A stretch of 54,377 nt of DNA from contig CAZDCW010000005.1 of the NCBI GenBank assembly GCA_964504135.1, positions 1 to 54,377 of the forward strand, read 5' to 3'. The number at the start of each line of letters is the position of its first letter. Positions within the stretch are counted from its first letter, which is position 1. Shown one piece after another: positions 9,085 through 19,200 of the stretch. Below the pieces are notes generated by a model. It was not told where the DNA came from and ran no database searches. It saw nothing but the letters and a program-made list of their open reading frames with translations. Both the position numbers and the translations under genes were made by a program. Source of the stretch: an uncultured Methanosarcinales archaeon. GTDB lineage: Archaea > Nanobdellota > Nanobdellia > Woesearchaeales > UBA10216.

Positions 9085-9495
9085 ATGTTGGACTATAAGC
9101 AGCTTTTGGAGCGTGGAAGGGAGAAATTGCCTGAGAAGGTTTTGGAGACTTCCAGGTTTGAGGTTCCGAAGGTTCGGGGCCACATCCAGGGTAACCGCAC
9201 AATCATAAGCAACTTCCCCCAGATTGCTGACCTTCTGCATAGGCCGCCGGCGCACCTTCTCAAGTATATCCTGAAGGAGCTCGCAACCCCTGGTGAGGTG
9301 AGCAAGGGCCTTTTTATCATCGGGACCAAGATTTCTGCTTCAAGGATTAATGAGAAGATTGAGCAGTACGTTAAGGAGTTTGTTCTCTGCCCTGAGTGCA
9401 GGAAGCCTGACACAAAGCTGGTGAGGGATGACAAGTTCCTCTTCATCAAGTGCTCTGCCTGCGGCGCAAGGCAGCCGGTTAAGGTTAGGGTGTAA
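9085..9495 (+). CDS. eif2b: Translation initiation factor aIF-2 beta
   Basis: RFEVP..GNRTIISNF, LKELATPG and C-terminal CPECRKPDT..CSACGA. SD GGAG precedes ATG 9085. Confidence 0.95.
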   Translation: MLDYKQLLERGREKLPEKVLETSRFEVPKVRGHIQGNRTIISNFPQIADLLHRPPAHLLKYILKELATPGEVSKGLFIIGTKISASRINEKIEQYVKEFVLCPECRKPDTKLVRDDKFLFIKCSACGARQPVKVRV

Positions 9496-9528
9496 AAGTT
9501 TAAATACTGTTTTTGCGGTTTTCAGCCT

Positions 9529-10236
9529 GTGAAAAAGGGCCAGGTTACGGTTTTTTTGATAGCTGCTGTGATAATCCTCCTTATAGGAGTCGCCTTTCTG
9601 CTTTATCTCAACAAGCCTTTCAGGTTTGCTGGGTCCGCCAGCGCCCAGGATGCGATTAACCGGTTTGTGTTGCAGTGCATTGAGAATACGGCGGCCAAGG
9701 GTGTTAGGGAGCTTGGCCTTCAGGGCGGCTATTATAGGCTTCCATCAGGGCATTTTGAAAAAGGCGATTATGGCATTCCGTACTATTTTGACAGGGGCGC
9801 TGATTTTTCCCCTTCAATAGGCACTTTGGAAAGCGAATTTTCAGACTATATGGACGACAGGCTGCCTGGCTGCGCTGATTTCAGCGAATTCGGGAAGCAG
9901 GGCGTTCTTGTTTCAGCCGGAAACCCCTCAACGTCAACAGGCATTCAGGCGAACAGGATTGTATTGAGCATCGCCTACCCTTTAACCGCGAGGGTGGGTG
10001 ACGAAACCGTTTCCTTGGAAAGCTTCAGCTATGAGCTTGACTCCAACTATGGCTTAAGTCATCAGGTCAGCAAAAAGCTTGCGGAAAAGCTGGTTAATGA
10101 CCCTGAGTACAGGGACTATACCTTCATCAACAGCCAGCCTCAGATTGTAAGCATCCTGCCGCAGCAGTCTTACACAGACATCTACATTGTTGTGGACAGG
10201 CAGTACAATTTCCTTTTCGCAGCGAGGTTCAGATGA
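9529..10236 (+). CDS. Membrane-anchored protein with class III (pilin-like) signal peptide
   Basis: MKKGQ followed by a hydrophobic stretch. Its extracellular module resembles the N-termini of the 28860 and 33033 proteins. ATGA-coupled to the giant ORF. Confidence 0.8.
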   Translation: MKKGQVTVFLIAAVIILLIGVAFLLYLNKPFRFAGSASAQDAINRFVLQCIENTAAKGVRELGLQGGYYRLPSGHFEKGDYGIPYYFDRGADFSPSIGTLESEFSDYMDDRLPGCADFSEFGKQGVLVSAGNPSTSTGIQANRIVLSIAYPLTARVGDETVSLESFSYELDSNYGLSHQVSKKLAEKLVNDPEYRDYTFINSQPQIVSILPQQSYTDIYIVVDRQYNFLFAARFR

Positions 10237-13200
10237 GACAGTTAGTGTGGCTGTTGTTTGTTCTTCTGCTTTCAGGCTTTGCCTCCGGAGCCGCCACTGT
10301 AATTCTGCCTCCTTCTGGCCCTGACGCTCCTGACGTGAAGCCGCCAGGTGGCTGCTCAGACTGCGTTGCAGGGACAATCTGTACGTCAGCCGGGCCTCCG
10401 GCCTCATGTCAGGCTGCTGAAACTGCTGACCTTGCCACAGTCCCTCCTGCCTTAATCAATTCCCAGATTTCTGCAATTCCTCCAAAGAAGCTTGAGGACA
10501 GCCTTGGGGACATTCAGGACCTTTCGCAGCTTAGCTCCCCTGAGGCGCAGGAGGCTTTGCGTCAGGCATTCCAAAAAAGGTATGGCATTCCTGTAACCAT
10601 TGACGCTTCAGCAGGCAGGGTTAGGGTTGTGAATGACCGGCTTTTCCGGCAGGGTTCTAGCATTGACTTGCCTTCGCTGAAGGATAACAGGGAAATCCGG
10701 AGTTTGGAGCTTACAACCGTCCAGGATGGCGCAGGCAGCCAGCTGGTCGCAAGGTACAGCTTGAAAACAGGCTATTATTTTGACGTTGTAGGCCAATTTA
10801 ATCTGGTTGCGGCAGATAATTATGGCCTGGTAATTGATGGCATTAATGCAAGATTCGCTGCAGCGAACGGTTACTACGGAGTTATTGATAATTACGTGAC
10901 CTCCAGAAACGTTCTCCTTAGTTTGGCTGGCAGTGAGGAAATCAGCGGCGACGCAAATTTCTTCAGGAATCCTGACAGCTCTCTTGACAGGTCAAGGCCT
11001 GTTAAGCTCTCAGGAACAAACAGCTGGGTGTGCGTTGATGACAAGGCCAAGTGCATGAGGAATCATCCGCTTAACGACTGGACATCCACTGAATCAGGGC
11101 CAGGCTCTGCTGACTGGATGGTGACTGAGGCCTGCTTCCGCTGCTCTGAGGACGAGGTATCCGGGCTTTCTGAGAGGCTGCTGGAAGGCCTGATTTATGG
11201 TTATACGTCCTGGACAAGGCAGCCGAATGCCCAGGGCATAGTGTCAGACTCATTGAACATGAGGGGATATGGAATATCGAAGTTCGGCGACGCGATTATC
11301 GAGGGCTCACATCTCAATGTTGATTTCACCGTTAATGATGACTCCGATACCAGTGGCGTGATGTTCAGGTTCCTTGATTCTAAGCTTGGGAGGGATGATA
11401 AGGCTGTGGGAAGGGTGGTCTCCTATGGAAGGAGCCTTGACCTGCAGTTTGAGTCTGACGGCAATGTTCATGCAAAGGAGAGGAACTTCCAGACCGAAAC
11501 AGCAGTTCCGCTGACCTCGCAGGGGTTCGTTAATAGCCTGCTGTTCGGTTCAGGGGATATTCTGCCTGCTGCTGTCACGCATTTCGGGGATTCTTCTGCC
11601 ATAAAAAAACTTGAGGCTGAAATAAGGACAACTCCCTTGGAGGCCCGTTCTGCTGACGTTAAGGCATACATCAGCCAGTCAAGGCCTGACCTGTTAGGCC
11701 AGCCTTTGACTGCAGCGCAGTCTGCCGAGCTTGACAGGGAGTTTCTGAAGGCTTACCTGGGCTACGAGTATGCGGCAGATTTTCTCAAAAGGCAGCCTAC
11801 GCTTGAGGAGGCATACCATTATGGCGAGTCAGTTCTCTCAGGGCTTTCCGGCAGCCAGAAAGCTGATGATTCCAAAAAACCGGTTGTCTTCAACCACCAG
11901 ACCTCAAAAGTCCTGCCGTCAGGAACAATGGTAAAGTTTGAGAACTTTTATTTCATGACTCCTGATTCTGTGGTGACAGGCCAGGGTGACATTGATTTTA
12001 ACTCGGCCCTCAGGCAGAAGTATGAGCGGGAAGTTATGCAAAGGGCGCTTAAGGATTCCTCTTTCCTTGCCTTGGCTCCTGAGGAGAGGGATTCCTACAT
12101 TCAGTCCGCTGTATCGCAGTATGAGCCCCTCATTTCCTTGGCGTCAAGGATGAATGAGCAGAGGCTTGTTGTGGAATACGTGGAAAACTCAGGAAACGTG
12201 GTGGGCGTTCAGGAGCTGAAGACTTCTGTTAAGGATGTTGGTGATAAGAGGCAGCTTGCCTACGCCCAGCTTGAGCATCTCCAGACAGTGCAGGAGGGTA
12301 TGGAGGAGGTGCTGCTGCAGTTGCAGCAGGGGAAGTCGCTGGTGGATATCCGGGAGAAGGCATCTGGAAAGGTTGAAGCGGCTTTCGGCGACCCTGCTTT
12401 GAATTATCAGTACAACCAGGAGCTTGCATCCAGGATAATTTCTGCAGGCAGGAGCTCAATTGAGTTGAACGGCCATACTTTCGACATCACCACTAAGGAG
12501 GGTCTTGCATCTTTCCTTGTTTACAACAATCTGGATGCAGCGAGGCTTTTTTATGGAAGGGGCAACTTTGAGGACGCTAGTTCGCACTCGCTGAATGCCC
12601 TGCAGTTCAGCATGAGCCCTGAGGACTTTGCAGAGTTCCTGAAAGTCCTTAGGCAAAACCCTGGAGTTTTCGGAAAGGTGGCCTCCTCCCCCGACGGCCA
12701 GTCAGGGTTCACCGCGTTCAGCAGGGACGGCTACGACTACCTTGTCCCTGACCGAATCAGGCTTATGGTCCAGCAGGGAAGGCTGAACCAGGACATTTTG
12801 AAGCAGTACATGGACAACAAGGCGGCGGTTGAAAGCAAGAACCTTCTGGTAAGCAATCCTGAAAAGGCCCTTGACTTCATACTGCCAAACGAATATTGGG
12901 AGGTAGCTGCAAATCTTGCCTTTGCCTCAAAGCCCACTGCTGTCGTTGTGTCTGCAGGAGGCAAGGTCATGCTGAGGAAGACTGTGCTTAAGCTCTCTGA
13001 GGAGGTGGGGAGGCTTGGCTTCAGCGGAGTGATTGGGTTTGACCTGCCGAGGGGCGCGCTTTCCGGAAATGCGTTGAGGGCTGCGGTTAAAGCATCTGAT
13101 GAGGATGCCCCCAGGCTTTCAAGAGGTTCATTTCCAGTACTTGACCCTGCTGCCGCTACAGGCTGTATTACATGCCGCCCCGACCAGGTGCTTGACTCTT

Positions 13201-16200
13201 CAAATCCTGCATTTGCCTTGCAGACAGAGCCGCGTGATAAGGGCCTTTTTGAAAGGCTGCTTGACCTTGTAAGGGGAAGGAAAAGCCCTGTTGCACCACC
13301 AGAGGCCCCTGGCGCTCCTGATGATTTGACCCTTTTCAAATTTTTGGATGAAGAACAGGTTGTTCCTCATCCAATTGACCCTCCTGCAAGGCCTGGCTCT
13401 ATTGATGAAGTTGTGCAAGCCTCCCAGAGGCGTGTGCCAGAAGCTCAGGATCCTGCTTACGTCGCTTCAGTAAGGTCAATGTTGGGCAGGAGTGAGGAAG
13501 ACATTTCCTTCATGCTGGATAAGTATATAGGCACTAACATAAAGCCACAGGTTGCTGCTGTAGTTAGGGACGAGCGCATGTGGCAGCAGGTGCTTGAACA
13601 CCTGAAGATACCCCCTACAGATGTTCAGAAGGTTGGGTTTGAGGAGCTGAATCCAGGCACATTCTCGCGGCCAATAAAGGTGACGGTTTCCGGGCAGGGT
13701 TTTTCTAAGGATTTTGTATTCAAGCTTCCTAGAGACAGTTATGTAGATCCTGAAGTCACTGAAAGGCAATTCAGGTATATGGCTGGAATGGCCAGGGCAA
13801 CGGATGAAAGGGGAGAACGGGCCGTAATGCAGCGAGTCTTGGCAGATCCTTTGTATTATGATTTGGGGTATCGTGGGCCTTCGGCGATTGTACCTGAGGA
13901 GTTCGTCCCGGGAAAGTTGGCTGGTTGGGCTGAAAGATATTATGAGCCTGCTGCCCTTGTGCACTCGCTGGGCAGCTTGGACGGCAGGCTGTGGGCTGCT
14001 TCCAGGCAGCTTGAGAATGGCGTGGAGACTGGCTTTGTTACCGTTGACAATTCTGCGGCTAACATAATTGTGGCTGAGTCTGAAAACGGCGAGGTTGTTG
14101 CGAAATACATTGACTCGGACATCAACCGCAACCACGTCATAATGGGCAATCTGGAGGACCTTGTGATTTACTCCATTCACACTAAATCCCAGAGGAATTG
14201 GCAGCGAAGGATCCAGCCTGATGATTTGGACGATTTTCTCTCAGGGATGCTGGAGCACCTTGGTGATAGGGATTCTGCCTTGCGGTCTTTTGCAAAGGCT
14301 GCTGACACTCTTGAGCAGGAAGCGCTGAAGGTTGAAAGCGAGCAGTGGCGCAGTGAAATGAGGGAGGCTGCAGGGAGGATAAGGGCTTTTGTAAAGAGGG
14401 AAGCTGCATCTGTCCGAGGCGTTTCCGGCCTTGGAGGTGGTGCGCCTGCCAAAGCGGGAAGGCCATTAACCAACAGGGAAGTGGCTGACATTGTTAAATT
14501 AGAAATACCGCAGGCCGCAGAACATCCGCATCTGGTACGCCTTGTCGCCAATGCGCAGACTGAAATAGACGCTTTTTACCAAGAACTGGCCGCGAAAATG
14601 GGCGGCGAATATTTCCCTGCAGAATCCTCTGATATCAGGCAACAGATTTTGGAGGTCAAGCCTCAGTTTGAATTTGCTTTCAGGGCTGGAACACCTGACA
14701 AAATGTCTGCGACAGTAACTTATGTTAATGCCGAATTACCTGGAATGTTAGTGGTAGGAACTAGCTCAGGAAGATCCTCTGGTAGAATTTTAGGAGAGAA
14801 TCAAGGATTTATTGTTAAGGGGCCAAACGGTAAATCGGAGGATACTGTTAGGCTTTACAGGGGGGTCATTGAATATGCTGCAGAACAACAATTACCCGTA
14901 ATAATTAGGAAACGGTATGCGACTGCTGAGGATATTGAAGGGTTTGTTAGGGGCTGGATTGACATCGGGACACTCTTAAGAAACCATCCCGACCGGGTTA
15001 GCCTTGTTTCAAAATATGAAAAAATAGCCCGGGAAAATCCTGAATGGTCCAAATTGGAAGTTGCCTTCAAAGCATTTCATTCATATTGCAGGGAGAATTT
15101 CGTGGGGTCGCTTGATTGCTCCGGGTCAATATTTGTTTCGGGTTCTGAGAAGAGTTCTGTAGCTGAAATGTATTCGTTATCTTCCCGAACTGGAATTATT
15201 TATGGAACTGAAGGAAGCAGAGGTATTAGGGGTGTGCTTATTCTTGATGTTCCCAAATCAAGGACGTTTGAACCATCAAGTGCTATTGTTAATTATAACA
15301 GTGATACTCGTAGTGAAACAGCCATAATCGGGGCTGTTGATCATGCATGGGTGCGAGGATTTGTGCCTAGCGAAGGGTTGGAGAGTAATGCTGCTGGTTT
15401 TCAACAGCGAATCACCATTGCAGAAAAGATTATCGATGAATTGGACTCCGCCAGCGACCCTCTGGGTGCCGCTATATCGGTTATGCTGGCAAACAGCGGC
15501 CTTTCAAGAGCGCTGGAGAGGAATATCGGGACAAACATCAGGTCTCAGGTGGAGTCTGTGCTGTCTGACAGCGGCGCCTGGAGTCAGGTGCTGTGGCATC
15601 TCGCCGTTGAGCCTGGTGATGTGGCGAGGATTGACGTTCAGGAGCTAACGTCTGGCTTTTACAAGAATCCCTTTAAGGTGGAACTGTTCCTTCGCAACGG
15701 GGAGAGCAGGAGTTTTGTCTTCAAGCTTCCAAGAGACAGTTATGTAGATCCTGAACTCACTGAGAGGCAATTCAGGCATATGAAGGATTTGGATGGCTCT
15801 GGAGTTATGCAGAAAGTCATCGGCGGCCAGCCGGTGTATGTAGATCTTGGCGGTGATTTGGGAAGGCGGCCCATTATTTTTGAGGAGTATGTTCCGGGGT
15901 ACACGGCAGAGAAGGCATTGACTGTTTATGGCAAACGGCCTGTTATGGTGTCATTGGGCGACCTTGATGGAAGGTTCTGGGCTGCTTCCAGAAGCGTTGA
16001 GGATGGCATGGTAACAGGCCTTGTCAACAAGAACAATGGATTAGATGATATCATTGCAGAAGAAAAGTCTGGCGCTTTGGTTTCAAGGTATGTTGACTCA
16101 GACGTTGATTTCGTTTCACAGGGCGGGATAGATGAATTGGTGATTAAAGGCTTATTTCACAAGAATTTCGAGTGGCCAAGGATAATGCCTGATTACATCG

Positions 16201-19200
16201 ATGCCTATCTTTCCGCAATGCTCCCACACCTTGGCAACCGGGAATCTGCCCTTCGCGCATTCATATCCACTGCTGACAGGATTGATTCAGAGGCGTTGAG
16301 GCCTGTTAACAAGGATTGGAAGGCTGGCATGCAGGATGCCGCGGGCAGGATTAGGAAGTTTGCCACTGACAGGCTGGAAATTAAGGAATTCGTGGCTGCG
16401 GAAAGAAGGGCCGCAAAAGTTGTATTGTTGCCTGGCACGCCAGTGAACTTGCCAGCCAAACCTGCAGAGGTCAGGGATGATGCCTACGCGCTGCTCGGCC
16501 ACCTTTCAAGAGACTCGGATGCGTGGAAGCCAGTCCTTGCAAAGCTCGGTGTTAAGCCTGAAGATGTTTTGAAAGTGGATGTAAGAACTATGGCTGAGGG
16601 TGGAACAAAAATAGCCTACATCGTTAGTCTTGATTTGAAGTCGGGTGAAAGGAAAAGCTTCGTGTTCAAGACTTCTAATGGAAAAAATAGGATTCTGGAA
16701 GGTGAATACTCTGCCTTGAAAAAGGCTGAAGGGTTCAATGTCGGCCCAAGACAGCTTACAGATTCCCCCATCGTGGCTGAAATAGCAGGGGGTAAGTCGG
16801 TTCTGCTGCTTGAGGAACTCGTAACTGGCTACTCGCTTGATGAGGCAAAGCTGACTGTCCCGCCTGATGAATTATATCGGGCAATGGGCGAGCTTGATGC
16901 CCGCCTGTTTGAGGCCGGAAAGACGTCAGAGTACGGAAGAATCAGGGGCTTCACCTATAATGACTACAGGTCGGCCAATGTCCGGTTTTATGATGATGCT
17001 GGAGAGGGGCTTGTTGGAAAATTTGTTGAGTTGGATGTAAGCACATCATCGATTGATGATTTTTTTGGCGCAAATTACTTGTTTAGTGTACCTCCTGAAA
17101 ATTTGAACGCATACCTGAAAGGCTCATTTTCTGTTCTGAAGGATAAGCGCAAAGCCCTATCCAGCCTGGCTGGCCTGGCCGACTATTTTAGCTGGAAATC
17201 ATCTTATATGGCCGAAAACGTTGCGCAAATAAAAAAATTCGTTTCAGAGTATGCTGCCTCAGAGGGGATAACATTGCCTCCAAGAAGGCAATCCATCCCT
17301 TCAAAAGCTGAGCTTCGGGAAGCTGTTATGGGCAACACTGCAGACCCGTTGGCGGCAGACATTGTGGCCCGGGCCTACACTGACATGTACTCTGCTCGCG
17401 TGAAATTGGCCAGCAGTTTTAATGGACGCTACGTTCTTCTTGACGGAAACATCATTGTTGACGATGCAGTCGAAACCGGTGGCAGGCTGTCTGATGCCCT
17501 GAAAAGGGCGGATGTCAAGGCAAAGGAATATGCTGAAACGGATAAGGATGCTGTTGTTAAGGTGGTTCCCAGTGTATCCTATGGCGAGCAAAATAGTCCG
17601 GAAAAGATAACCGTCCTTTTGACTTTTGCTGAAAAGGCCACTGGTAAAAGATACGATGATGCCTTTTTCGGGGAGGTTGTCCTTAACAATATGGCTGGTT
17701 ATGGGGCTGTGGAATCAGCCGGTGCAAAAAGGGGGGAAGTCAGGCTGTTTATGGGAATAGGCGGCGATCCATCTCAGGTGCAGAAAGCCGGAATCGTGGC
17801 CGCGGGTTATGCGACGACAGATGACATCCGCAGGTTTATGGATGGGAAAGCAGGCATAGAAGAACTGCTGGGGAAGCATCCTGAAAAGGAAAGCTTGGTG
17901 AAACGGTTTCACAAGGTTAAGGAAGAGAACCCCGGCTTATCTGACAGCGAAGCCGCTTACATGGCATTTACAAGGAATTGTGCTTGGGCGGGGGGTTGCC
18001 ATGCGAGCATTTTTGCATCTGCTTCCTCTGACCCACAAATGAGTGCTTTTTATGAACAGTTTGGAGGGCAAAAGGCCAGTTGGATTTTGGTCATGGACAT
18101 ACCTAAAAGAGAGGTTCTTAATGCAAAAGAAATAGGGAATTTTGGAGAATCAGAAATGGCTGTTGCTGGCGAGATTTCTCCTCAGTGGATCAAGGGATTC
18201 GTGCCCCGTAATGTAAGGTACGCTGATATGGATACAATGCTTCACGCCTTCGATGCGCAGGTCACGTCAGGGACGACTGTGGTTGTGGCTTCAGAAGGCG
18301 TGGTAAGGGAAGTCCCCTTTGACGCAGAGAAGCTGACTTCCAAAGCCCAGTTTATGGTTTACGGCGAAAATCACAAGGCGAATATAGTTGGCCCGCCTGG
18401 GACTGTTTACGACATTGGCGACGGAGTTTTGTTAAGGCCGGGCGAAGTGTTTGAGCTTTCCGAGGAACAATATGCATCCCTCAGGAAGGCCGCTCCTTAT
18501 GACCTTGAGGTTAGGGGGTTTGGTGTGAGTATGCCCATCACTGAGGCAGAGTATCGGGCCATTATCGCTTCTGGAAAGTTTGAGACTTTAGTTGACAGTG
18601 GCGATTATGTGGTATATGTAACTGAGGGGTTGGAGCTTCCTGGGGGCAGAAGGCTGTCGGCTGGGTCTGGTGACAGGATTTGGGTGGGTTTGGGCGAATA
18701 CATCTCTGTGATGACCAAGGGGATTCGGCCAAATCTCGAATCTGTGTCGAATGGAGTGACCATGGCCCTGAACAGCCATGAATACGCTTTGTTAAAGGTT
18801 CGCAATTACTTCCATGAGGGGGCGTGGATTAACAGCCCGAAATTCAGCGATTATAAGGAGGGCTGGAAGATTCATGTAACCGCTGCTCAGGATGATATCG
18901 CCATGCTTGAGGATGCCCTTCTTCCATACCTGAGGCAGAAAAGGATTACGCATAAGGTCATGATAGCTTCCCAGGTTCCGAAATACAGGGGGACGACTCA
19001 GGAGGGAAAGGTTGTCGCAGTGTTTCTTGGAAGCGGGCCTGATGCTGAAAGGATAGTCGAGGAGATGGATTCCCTTATTGCTGCAGAGCTGAAGAATTCC
19101 GGTAAGCTTGCTAGGGAGGAGCTCCCGTATGGCGGAAAGTCAGGAATGATTTCGTACAGGTATGCGAATCATAAAGGCTATTCAATTGTTAACCCTGATA

